Source: Podarcis melisellensis
Lineage: Eukaryota
Length of the DNA: 64,000 nt
Assembly (NCBI GenBank): GCA_964234715.1
Contig: OZ174284.1
Reading direction: 5' to 3' (one strand)
Shown: positions 52,052-64,000 of the stretch, in pieces
How positions within the stretch are numbered: the first letter of the stretch is position 1
Layout of the letters: each line of letters opens with the position of its first letter
The notes under the pieces: generated by a model
The model's input: only the letters and a program-made list of their open reading frames with translations
What the model was told of the DNA's origin: nothing
Database searches by the model: none
Translations under genes and position numbers: made by a program

Positions 52052-53844
52052 CAACTTGAAGGAAGGTGGGACACGATGCTGTAAAAGGAAGGAAAATAAG
52101 TGAACAAAATACTTAAGCCACAGAAGTTTCATTTCCGACTCTTACTCAGCCAAACATCCACGTAGCCTACCATTCCAGAGGATTTTTTTAAGCAAACATC
52201 AGCCAACTGAACAATGCTCTTTTTTCCCTGCGCTAAGTGGTTGCAATGATGAATGAGAGAGATGAGTTACTTTCTTCGAGGAGTGTGTTCCTCACAGGAA
52301 AATGTAAACCACTTGCAATGTTCTGTCTCTCCTGAGGTAAAGTTAAGCCACAAGCTGACTAAAGATAGCCCAGTGATTGTATGTTTGCTGAAAAGCAGAG
52401 AATGAAACACTTTCCCGGCAGTCAAATGTCAAGTAAGTACAAGTGCTTGGAACACTTACTCAGACCATTCTATAACGCGGAAATTTACATGCAGAAACTA
52501 TCTCTACATACATTCAAAGTTCAATTCTCAACACCCCTGGGTAGGACAGGGGGAAAGTAGCTGCCCGTCAGTGTAGACTAAGCTGGATGGATCAATGGTC
52601 TTATTCAGTATAAGGCAGGTTCCTATATTCCTATGTATAGCTAGACTCTTTTGTAATGAGCAGTGGTTTTGTGGCAGGCACGTTAATGGAAACAGCAACC
52701 CATGAAAGCAGAAAGTTCGAAACCTACTGCGATAAACCTCTGAGCCTACTACAGTTTTTCAAAACGCCTTGTTTCTGCAAGAGTAGAAGAATATCTCATG
52801 CACACCAGATCAGTAATGTGGAAGGCAAACCAAATCTCAAAGTACCAGCCTCCAGTTCCCACTTCCACCTCATTTCCACCCTCAAAGTTCATTACTTCAG
52901 AAATCATTAACCTGCATTCCTTTTGTGACTGGGGTGGAATGAATGGAGCCATCTCAACTAGATTCGCAATACATGGAGGAGGAGGGGAAAGCAAAGGATG
53001 GTGAAGAGCGTAGCCCACAAAGGGAAGTGACAGAGCAAATATTGTTTACAGACGCTGAGCCAGGCTAATGCAACCTAATTTCATGTTATGCTCGAACAAA
53101 TCCCAAACAATAAGGCAGGAATGGGGGCAGGATGGGAGAATGGTATCACCTCATCCTCCATAGTTTTGCTGACTGGAAGAGGGCCAGGATTTCAGGCTAA
53201 GTATATGAGCACAGTAGCCAAAGCAACAGAGGCCTCCGAGCTTCTGCCTTGGCACAGCTGACTATTTCTGGGCGGCCAAATCACATTGAAAATTATTGGC
53301 AGTGGGGCAGGGTGGGGGGTTGGAAGCAGCTCACCAGTCGCTTTTAGAACTTTACTGCTGCACACTCCACTCATGCCCTGCACTGGGTATCTAATGGATT
53401 CTCTCAATGGGCCTCCATAACTATTACATAGCAGAGAGGGACATTAGTTCAGTACAAGCTGCTGCAAACTCCTTCACCTTTCCTACACCAAAGGCCTCTC
53501 TCAATGCACAGGACCTCTAGCCCCTAGTTTGTCTTGCCCCAAAACTAGTCTTGAAAACAAAGTAAAGCAGAGGGAAACTACAGATGCAGGATCTCCTCCC
53601 ATATTAGCTTTTTAAGCTCTTGGGCCAATCCAACAAAGGTTTTAAGATTCCTGCCTGAAACTCATCACCCATCAGGTCTAGTCAGCATGGGATGATGCAA
53701 GTTGTGGTCCAGCAACATCTGGAGGGCTGCAGATTAGCTGCCCCTGCACTAGAGACAGGCAACACTGGGTTAGACTGACCAGAAGGGTGAGCCAAAAGAA
53801 AGAAAAGGTAAAATTAAAGAGCAAAGCTTGTACTGAACTTTAGG

Positions 53845-54030
53845 AGGTAGAGTTGCGATTCAGTGCTAGAGCACATTGTGCATGCAGAAGGTTTCATATT
53901 CAAGGCCTGACATCGCAGTTGAGGTCGGGAGAAACCCCTGGCTGAAACCCCAGAGAGCTGGAACCAGTCAGTGTAGCCAATGCAGAGCTAGATGAGCCAG
54001 TGGTCTAACTCGGCATAAGATAGCTTCCTG
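53845..54030 (+). mobile_element. Decayed tRNA-derived SINE (boundaries approximate)
   Basis: Degenerate A/B-box head around tgcatgcagaagg...ttcaa; related copies near 8927-9050, 23652-23760, 36005-36075 (-), 40615-40800. Confidence 0.55.
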
Positions 54031-54055
54031 TGACACCTGCACACAGTACTGCTGT

Positions 54056-54191
54056 CAGGCATAGGCAAACTCAGCCCTCCAGATGTTTTTGGCCTACAAC
54101 TCCCATGATCCCTAGCTAACAGGACGAGTGGTCAGGGATGATGGGAATTGTAGTCTCAAAATATCTGGAGGGCTGAGTTTGCCTATGCCTG
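54056..54191. mobile_element. MITE of the same family as 24006-24141
   Basis: 29-bp perfect terminal inverted repeats; interior nearly identical to the 24006 copy. Older relatives lie near 29497-29570, 38372-38498, 38897-39041, 53670-53746 and 56994-57097. Confidence 0.8.
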
Positions 54192-57100
54192 CTATACATG
54201 GAACCATATGAGTTGGAAGAGGGCTTTTTATAAGGCTGCATACACACCATGCATTTAAAGCACAAAGAATCCTCGAAACTGATTCCTTCCTCAAAAAGCT
54301 ACAATTCCCAAAACCCTTAAACTACAGTTCCCATATTTGGGGGTGGTGCTTTAAACATATGGTTTGCAAGCAGGTCAAATCTCTTGTTCAGCTCCCTGAT
54401 TGATACAGGAGCTCTAGATATAATCTTCACACAGGAAAATACAAGTGTACTTAATGTGCAAGCGGCATGTTTCTTGCCTCTGAGTGCATGCAGGCAGCCA
54501 ATACAAGCAACTCCTATTTTCCTACACAGACTTGCTACCTTTGCGTAGGACAATATTTCTCTTGCATGCATGCATGCTATATGGCAGGGTTTCAAACACT
54601 TTGGAATAGGACCCACCTGCAAAATAACTCTACATTTCAGGCCCTGTATCTCCCTCTACAGCAGAATGTAAAAACATCACATCAGCGGTTAACAATACAT
54701 TGTTATTTCCCCTCCCCCACAACCCAGTTATTAATGTATATATCAGCAACAAGTGCTGGGACGAAATTTAAGTGCAAAGTGTGGTGATGGAACAAAGCTG
54801 TTTCTTAAAAGGGACAGAGAACAACAGTAGGTAATGTTGAGCCTGGTAAAAGAAAACAACAACATTCAAAATGAAAAACAAAAGGCCCATCATTGTGCAA
54901 CCCACCCAGAAGACGTCAGGACCATGAAGACTGCTATATGGGTATGCTATGTACTTTGGCACTGACACTCCTGTACAAAAAGTAAATGGAAAGATTACTC
55001 ATACTGAAAAAGGGCAGCAGAGAAGCAACTTTTTAATAGCATTCTAAGCTTATCGTACTGATTGCCTCAATGAAAGATCCCTTCAAGAACAAACAAAACA
55101 CTCATTTTGCTTTCTGCAGAGCAGCTACGTTAACGGTAGGCTAACATACTTCTAAGTTTTTCAACTGAAATACTTTTAGGCTCTCGGTCTGGGGTGAGAG
55201 ACTTGAAATCAATATGCTAAAACTATCAATTGCTGTCAGCACCCTAATATTATGTTTGGTGAGGGAGGAAGGGACTGGAGCAAGGAAAAAAGGAATGAAA
55301 GATATTTTTATCTTGAGATCCATCTGCATGGAGGTATCTTGGGAGGCACTCCTGTGATACATCTGATTCCCATAACCTACACACTCGTAGTTCCGCCTGC
55401 CTGGAAGAAGGCACAAAACCAATGTTTAAGGCATCATCAGGATCCCTTCCAACCAATGTTTGAAATTCCCACTGTTCTAGGCGCATTTTGCAACAGGGAA
55501 TTTCATTAACGCGAGCAGTTTCTGAACTCTGGGCCCAGTACTGAGCCTAAGATTTCAGATTAAAACTACGGAGTGGAAGGAAAGGAGGACCTTTTTCTGC
55601 CTTCCCACTTCCAGCTACTCTCTGAAGACTGGAGATGAGACCCTCTTAAGAATATTAGGGGGGTGGGCAGGGGAAGGACTAGACCATGTGAAAAATGAAC
55701 ATAATATTTTAGCTGCAGTTCATTCATTTTCAGCTTCAGACATTTTCATTTCATTTTCAGACATTCTGTTGTTGCGCCCATAACCTAGGTTTAAGTTGCC
55801 ACTTAGCTCCTAGCTTTCATATCTCAGTTTCTAACACTGTTTCCAACTCCACAATTCTATGATACTATGACCCATGTAATTCTGTGATGAATTCAAAGAT
55901 CCAGATTGGGCAGGTTTGGACAATTGTATCTCAGGTTAAGTCAAACTACGAATGAGCGGCGGCACATCTAGGCCTTTCACTTGTCACCGTGCAGGAGGAG
56001 ACAAATCAACCAGCTATAGCGTTCCCACCTCCCAAACTTTGTTTAACAGCTTCCAAACAAGCCAGGAAATTAAAGTAAAAAGGGGGGGGTGTGAAAGGCT
56101 CATTCATCTGTTGGGTTATAAAGCGGCCAAAGTGTCACTGAAAGTCAGAAAAGGTTGTGTGGCCAGGACAAGCCATGGTGGCCTCACCCTGTGTTTCTTT
56201 CCGTTGCTCACCCACAGCATTTAGGGTGCTTTTGCAATGCATGAAGAGGGAAGGAAGAGGTGACGAGAAGAACTCAGACACCTCAGCCATTCAGGTCCAA
56301 ATGTTGGTGATCACCTAGAGAAGGCATGCAGGTGACCAAATTGTTCAACCATACAAGGCGATAACCTAACAGTCTCCTGAATGATCTTTTACAGCAGACA
56401 GTGCCACCAGATGGGCTCTCTCCTGTCACGCAACTACAAGGGAGATTCTAGGCTGTGGCACTTGATTAAGTGAGGCCATCATATTCTACAGGGGCCCCTT
56501 TGGGATGTAACCCCCAGAACCCTGTATCCCTCTGCAGCATGGTTTTTCACACAATCCACTTATTTTCTTTGTTCCCTCCTCAACTCCAAAAGCAGCAGCC
56601 CACACCGCTGCTTGAGACCCAGGTTTAAATCACCACTCAAGCCATGACATTGACTGGGTGACTCTCTTGCACACACCTACCTTGCAGAATTGTTGCAAGG
56701 ACAAAATGGGGAAGGATGTATGGTGCCTTGAATTTCTTGGAAGGTGGCATACAAATAAAACTCCATCATTTCAACAGCAGTTTGCCAAAGTTCAGAACCA
56801 TGCTGTATGCAGAAACTAAACCATGCAGCTCTCTAGATCACAGCCTTATTATTAGCCTCTTTCAAGCCAACATTCCTTACATAGGCAGACATGCCTGAGA
56901 TCTGTTTCATATAAATGCACTTGCAGAAATCAGCCAGAAGCCACCAGATTTTCATCTAGGATGGACTGCCACGTTCTTCCTTCTCTTGCATCTACAGCAG
57001 CCTTCCCCCAACTGGTGCCCTACAGACAGCTGTGCTGGCTGGGGCTGATGGGAGTTGTAGTCCAAAATATCTGCAGGGCACCAGGTTGGAGAAGCTGGCC

Positions 57101-57501
57101 AGTACCCGTTGGAAAGACGGTAAAATACACAGCAACCTCGACACCAACTTTTCTGAACAGAGATGCTGACAACAAGTTCGAACAAAGAATCTAATGACCA
57201 TTTCTCCAAACAGAATGCAGGACATCCAAAATATATTTTTCTGTGTGGACAGATGAGAAACAGGACTGAATTCCTGATGTTTCTTTTTAAGTTTCAGATA
57301 TCAGAAGTCCATAAAGAAAAAGCTCTCCCTCAGTGTTTCTCCAGTAGCTGAGGCACGCAGTTTGAAAGAGTCCCTGTTCTGAACATATCTCATCTGTGAA
57401 CAGGTAGTTTCATTTAAGCTAAAAGTTTATTTAGAAAATTTATAGGATTTATTTTGACTGAATGATCCCAAGGAGACTTACCACAGATCGTGTGTGTCTG
57501 T

Positions 57502-57506
57502 ACACA

Positions 57507-57560
<54 letters not shown>
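57502..57560. repeat. Compound (AC)n(AG)n microsatellite
   Basis: Direct reading. Confidence 0.95.
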
Positions 57561-57562
<2 letters not shown>

Positions 57563-58768
57563 CAGATAACCCTGAAGACCTTAGTCTCCTGGCTGACAGA
57601 TAGGACCAGAACTTGTGCTCGTCTTCAAGCTCTGCAGTCTCAGGGCAGTCCCTGTTGCACCCCTGAAGTCCCTAGTCATACCTAATGCAGATGCAAAATT
57701 GAATTTTGCTTCTAGCAAAGACTACCTATTATAGAAGCAAGGCAAAAGTAGCCACATCATGCAGGGATACAGTGTGAAACCTCCTCTGCAACCAAGTGGA
57801 TAAAAAGGCTCACAAGATACTTTAATTTTGAATATATTTCTCTAGCCACACTAACAGCTCTCTCATGGCACACATTTTCAGAATGAATGTGAATGAAGGT
57901 TGGACAACTACTGCTAATATAAATATACCAAGGTTTCTATTTTTACTCTGTTATAGGAAACCTACTTTATTAAGCCATATCTCACCCATCTCAGGCAAAA
58001 CAAGAAACACAACTGTATCAGGGATAATGCAACATAGCTTACTTAAGTAGGGTTGAATAATGGCTGTACAACTCTCTCTCTCCCTCCGGAGAATACTTTG
58101 CTCTCTCATTCCAGTCTGCGTCAGGGCTTGCAAAGTGCCGCATTATCTTTAACTGCTTTGAGTACCAATCCCCATATGCTTCCAGGACCAGATGTTTATG
58201 TAAAAATCCACCCATCTCACTTTTGCATTACTCACACTGGCAGCTTGGAAAGTTGGACACGGAAACACAGCGACATTTCCAACACAAACAGGTTCGGCCA
58301 AGTCCCAATCTTTTTCTTTTCATCATATGCCATTATGTGGGGAGTTTTCTCTGAGCTACAATACACTAAAGCCAGGTGGAAATATGTTTTTTATCATTTT
58401 AAATATGGAGAGATAGTGGTTCCCTACCTGGAGTGAAGAAATGCAGTCTTAAAACTAGTTGTTTCTTCTTAACGGTATCTTAAATCAACTTTACTTAGCA
58501 CACAGGAGTGTAAGCTCTCTGGGCAGCCACTGCAATCTATAGTCCTCAACAAGTGACTGGTGAGGGCAGGGCAGAGGAGAGGGTCATGACATTGCTAAGC
58601 AGATCTAGGCCTGCATAAAGCTCCCCAAACTACTTTCCCTAAGATGTTGAATGCAGACGTCAGTAGGACAGAGGCATATGCGACAGATTCATGGTTCCCA
58701 GAATATGCCCCACTATAACATGCAAGGCAGTGTGGTTTAGAAGACACAGCACTAACCTGGAATGGGGG

Positions 58769-59276
58769 TGGGATTGGGTGATATCTGGTCTTCAACATTG
58801 TGATATATCAGCAGCTAAACATCACAATATACCAATATATCATGATGTCTGCAGTAAGGATGGAACTATATAGAGGCAGTGGCTGGTTTGACAGTTTTTC
58901 CCACATCATGATTTTTGCAGGCACCTGCTCTTGTGATTCGCTGTTCCCTCCTAGAGGCAGGAAGAGCCGAGCCTGCAGAGTTAACAGGGGCTGCAGGAAT
59001 CAAGAGAAGCATTGGTTGGCTTCATGGTTTTCCTCACATTGTGATTTTGCATAGCACATGCGCACACACACACACGATTCACAATATAGTGCCAGGTCAA
59101 AAACTTAGGAAACTGATGCCATAATATGGACTTCAAACTAGTTTGGGGCGATATATTGCCCAGCCCTAACACACATCATGATTCACGATTTATTGCCAGG
59201 TCAAAAATTATGAAATCATTATGATTTGGATTTCAAACTGGTTTTGAATGATATATCAATATATCGCCCAGCCCTA
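58769..59276. mobile_element. Non-autonomous hAT element with duplicated right end
   Basis: TIRs tgggattgggtgatat / atatcgcccagcccta; perfect 8-bp TSD aatggggg; internal second terminus ending near 59168. Confidence 0.8.
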
Positions 59277-60627
59277 AATGGGGGAAGGCCTAGGTTGAAA
59301 CTCCTGTTCAGTCGTGAAGTTCAGACTGTTACTATCTTTGGATCTACCTGACTTCATGGGGTGGTTATGAAACAAAACTGAAAGTGACCAGAGCACATTG
59401 CTAGCAGCAGAAAACAATGTATTAATAGACACAGAAGTTGCTCAGCTTCCTTGCTTAGAGAGCATCTTGCATTAAGTGTCTTGATTTCTGGATTCAAAAT
59501 GCTAGGGAAGATATGTGACACCCCCAGTTGGAAGAAATGGGAAATGAGATAAATTGTCGGCCTTAAAGAGACATACCCCTGGGAAGGGTGACTCCACATC
59601 ACAGGAGTGAAAAAAATTAATTCCATTTGTATCAGCAGAAGCAGATTAAGTATGTTTAATGTGTGGTTTAATGTGCTACTTGCCTTGAACAAAGTACTTT
59701 GTCCCTAGTTAAAAGGAAAATTTAGCTGAGAATTATGAAACCCTCTGTATCATAAAAAATACTGCTGCAGAAATAATCAACATTTGGATCACACATTCAT
59801 CGCTCTTTTTACTGCACACTGAAAGGCACTTTTAAAGGAAAACATTTTATCTGCTCCATTTATTCAAGCACTAGCAGAGCAACTTAAAAGCCCCACAAAC
59901 ATAGCCTCGGCTCTTGGATGTCATGGTTTCTCCATATGGGGATTCTAAAACTGATAGAAAGGAAATACTTTGCTCACACCACATGCAATTAGAGTATGGA
60001 GTGTGCTGCTACAGGATGTGTTGGAAGCCAAGAATTTACAATTTAAAGGTGGAGGTTTTTTTAAAAGAAAAGAAAAGAAATTTCCCTGTGGATAGCAGGA
60101 ACATACAGGACTGCAATGCATTAATGTAGTCAGAAAATGTTTTATTTGCAGTTTTGTAAGTCAAGGGTCACAACATTAGAACTATAGCAAGGACTGCAAC
60201 TAATTTACACCTTTAAGCAAATTGTTAGAATAATGCAGAAAAGGACCCGTGTCTTCACTGCTGGGACTTGATGAAGATATAAAGTTTTGGCTTAAATGTA
60301 CAGATGAGTAGCTGCAATTTCCCCCATCCAGTGAATATACTCCCTCCCACGCAGCTACTACCTCCAAATTGACTGCTACAGGATTCCTTATGTCAAGGTG
60401 TTTCCTCAGGCAGGAAGGCTGCCCATTCTGTTTTGAAGCCAATGCATATGGATGCTCAGAGAAGCGAGCTATATGGACAAGGTTTGGTAGAAGAGAAGAA
60501 TTGCTCAATGTCACGTTTCAGATCCTAGGGGTGGAAATGGCCTTGCTAGTTAAAATCTGGGAAAAGTTACAATTGCCTGGTCTGTTTACACTATAGGAAA
60601 GCTTTTGTAAAATGGAGAAAATAATTG

Positions 60628-60656
<29 letters not shown>
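60628..60656. repeat. (AC)n microsatellite
   Basis: Direct reading. Confidence 0.95.
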
Positions 60657-60659
<3 letters not shown>

Positions 60660-60793
60660 CCCTAGCTGTCAATGGGCCACAAATAATTAAGATGGCACTT
60701 GGGCTAGCAGAACATATCTGTGGGCTGGTAACTTTCATAAACTTATCTGCAAGGGGGATAGGAGGTAAATGTTTTGAAAGCACACATCTCTAG

Positions 60794-60859
60794 TCTGGAA
60801 GGAAGCAATTTAATTATGCACTAATTATTCTGGAAGGAAGCAATTTAATTATGCACTAA
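60794..60859. repeat. 31-bp direct tandem duplication
   Basis: tctggaaggaagcaatttaattatgcactaa at 60794-60824 and 60829-60859. Confidence 0.9.
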
Positions 60860-62626
60860 CAGCAATATTTTCTTTATGTATAATTTCATTTTCATAGTAT
60901 AATTTACACTAATAAAGCACCATTAAATATCAAAAGTAAAATAAAACAGAAGTTCAAGTCTTACAGTTCTTGGGTACAGTGCATCAGAAGACATATTTTG
61001 TTACCCATAGTTCCAGTAAGAACATACATATTTCTGTCTTTCTGATATCGCAATATCACACAGTAAGCCAAAGGTGACAGGACTTGTAACAAGCATAATT
61101 TTGAAAAAAGAAAAGAAAGAACTATCACTGATAAACACTTGTTATGAGATCCGTATCTCCAAAGCTGCAGATGATGGAGGATAAAGTATGCCAGCTCAAT
61201 TTGTAAATGAATTAAAATAATGCTGGAATGGCAGGCAAAACCTCCAGTTTGCCCCCGCCCCTTATAATTCTCATTTGTTCAATTTTCCCTGCAACTGCTA
61301 TTCTTCAAGCAGTTTGAGACTATAAATCCACATCCAGTTCCTCTAAATATTTCCATTTGGGGGCTATAAATGTGCTGCTAACAGCAAGATTTCTGTTTTA
61401 GCAAACCCTCTTCTTCTGCTCCCTACATCTCCCTCTCTGAGAAGCTGTATCCCTTTGTCTCCTGAATCACTGAAGAGGATGCAACTGTCAAGAACATTGG
61501 CAGCAACCCACAGGATATGGTCTCAGCAACAGAGAGGAAATGCCGTACGCAGGGATGAACAGTCAGGGAAGTTGCAGAGAGACACAGCATCCCAACCCAG
61601 ACTGCCAATTAAGCGCCTGAACAGAAAGAAAAAAACACCCAAACTTTCCAATTCCTCTCTGGAGTTATTTCCATACTATCTTGCAATCCTGCCTTATTAT
61701 TGGAAACAGATAAGTTTGGTGTTCTCTTCTGTCAACTAATAAGCTCTCTGCAAAGCTAGTACCACAATTGTGCCACTGCATAATCCTTGGCAGAGAAGGT
61801 GGTTTCAACTGTATGAACAACTGGATGCTGGTGCTCCAGTTGCAGATTTATTCATCAGATCTGCACTGTAGCCAGTTTAAGCAAAGTGCAAGACAGACTC
61901 CACAGAGTGAACTTTTACTGCAATGCACCTCAAATTGTATCTATAGAATTGCTACGAGGCCTACGGGAGAACAAAAACCCAGCACTGTCTGTTATTTAAA
62001 CAGATCCAGCCATCTGAAGACAATGGGCTTGAAGCCAAGACTGTATTATCAGTAATCATGCCATGCAAGCATGGAATTTCACAACAGAATTTAGCATCTT
62101 ACCTTAAATTTAAATCATGTTACTAGCTCATAGGACTGAAGATTCACACGGCCACCTTTGGGCATCATTCTGAACTGGAGACAGGAAGCCTGTGGCTCAA
62201 TTCCAATCACTCCTGGGGCTGAGGAAAGCTGGAAGGCACAAGGTCCCAATCCCTGCACTACCCATAGTTTAGCACAATGAGAACGAGCTGGAGCAAACCA
62301 CACCAAAGCCTCAAGCTTGGCCACTTCTTCCTCCAGCACTGCCATGAGGAGAACTTTGGAAACTATCACTCCGCTTTAGTTTACCAGTTTGTTATTTTGT
62401 CCAAACCAACAAACTGCGCTTAATGTTAACCAATGCAAACTGGTCCATGTTCCTGATACCAGTAGAATCAAACAAACAGGCTGAAGAGCCTGAATCCCCA
62501 CTCATCGATCCCAGTGGCCATTTTATTATTCTCTCTCTTTATCTTTTGCATTGCACTGCTTTACTTTAATGGCATTTAAATTATAAGCCGCTTTGAGCCT
62601 GTTGGAGGCAAGGCAGAATATGACTA

Positions 62627-62802
62627 CAGTCATACCTTGTGTTGCGTTAGGTTAATGTGTCTTTTCGGCTTGCGAACGCGGCATATGCAGAAGCGCTCTA
62701 TTGCACTCCGCACTTGTGCAGAAGCGCTGCTCTAGTTGTGGACTTTTCAGGGTGTGAACGGCACCCCGGAACAGATCGTGTCCGCAACTAGAGGTACCAC
62801 TG
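62627..62802. mobile_element. Tigger/pogo-like MITE
   Basis: TA-cagtcatacctt ... gaggtaccactg-TA. Confidence 0.8.
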
Positions 62803-63394
62803 TACAGCAAACAAACACACCTTGCACTAATGAACAGATGAAACTGACTTTAGCAGGTACAGAGTGGATTTCCCTTACCAGAAAAAACTATGTATGTCAG
62901 GAATTGGGCAAGGGGACTTCCAGATCAGAAGGCGATGTCTCCAGACAAGACGCCAACACCATCTCCTTTTTAAGAAATTGGGAGCTGGATGTGGCCCTTC
63001 AGAGTAAGGGGCAATATTTGAAGGAAGAAGAAAACAAAAAGTGTTTGAAATCACATGCATTGTATTTGAACAACTGCTCTGGAGGATCCAAAGTGCTCGA
63101 GGCCAGCAGTGCCACATCAGATCTGGCGATGAAAGTCCTCTTGCAAGGACAAGAGAGATAAAGGGAGGACACCCTCTTTGCAGAGCCATCAGTGCCTAGT
63201 CAGGCAGCAGACATCTTTTGCCCAAAGAATGAGCTCCTTGTGTGCATTATCAGTCCTGCAACAACCACCAGCTCCAAACAGGGTAGCGGCATCCAGCAAC
63301 AGAAGCAAACACTCCTCATAAAACACCCAACCCTGGAGTTATCTTCCTGACACAGAGACAAGCTTTGTGTCTCCTCCAAAAATGGCGACCGCCC

Positions 63395-63395
<1 letters not shown>

Positions 63396-63429
<34 letters not shown>
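63396..63429. repeat. (AC)n microsatellite
   Basis: Direct reading. Confidence 0.95.
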
Positions 63430-63431
<2 letters not shown>

Positions 63432-64000
63432 CTGAGTGAGATGCAAAGCAGCAGATGCTTGGGGCGTATGCCAAGCTGCTGCTCTTTTTCAGCATTAGCA
63501 AGCCAGATAACCACCACACTTTGCCCAACAACAGTCTTCAAAGAACTAACATTAAAGGGGTAAGCTATGCTACCATTCAAAAGGTTCCAGTTGTTCAGTT
63601 GTTCTCCACAACTCGTGAACTAGCTAGCAAGGTAAACAGCAGCAAGCAAGATAGGCTTCCGGAGTTATTTTAAAAGAGTACACAAAAAAGAATATCCAAA
63701 CTGATAGGGCACAGTTCAAATTAACACGGTGGTTGCGTTTTATTTGTTCATATTAAGCCCAGTTGCCTGTATGTTGAAACAGTCTGAATTATTTTTTAAT
63801 TTGTTTTCTTACACAGGCATACAACCTCTGACACCCAAAATGTTCCAAAGATTGCAAAGCAAAAGAAAATTAAACAATACACTAGACAGTGTACTCATCA
63901 GAATTTTATCCCCATTAGGCTGTGCTTATAAGATCTGTATTTTCAGATCCTGGAATAGAATCAGGAGGGGAGAAAGATGGCAGCATGAGGCATGCACCCA

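Noticed and set aside
54056-54191. Long hairpin resembling a pre-miRNA
   Set aside because: Explained by MITE terminal inverted repeats, with several related copies in the window

Overview
This is eukaryotic, intron-rich DNA from a squamate reptile. The repeat content (Sauria SINE with an ACCTTT tail, Penelope-like, L2/CR1 and hAT/Tc1 MITEs) suggests a lacertid-type lizard. The window holds the 5' part of MICAL3 on the minus strand. Fifteen constitutive coding exons (ATG at 25868 down to 8552) splice at GT-AG sites into one open frame of 2238 nt (746 codons). They encode the FAD monooxygenase domain, the calponin-homology domain and a basic NLS-like linker. Two frame-preserving cassette exons follow (6955-7038 and 2118-2216), both missed by the ORF track; the gene continues beyond position 1. 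The region 25994-64000 has no recognisable host coding sequence and is probably the large first intron, rich in transposon remnants. The most notable observations are a shared QKI/RBFOX splicing-motif layout around the two cassette exons, a candidate poison exon, and a Penelope-borne minimal hammerhead ribozyme on the MICAL3 pre-mRNA strand. Also notable are a uORF-dense 5' UTR and UG-repeat-flanked cryptic exons. I found no evidence for a wholly new multi-gene system. Family assignments come from my recall of known sequences, not from database searches.
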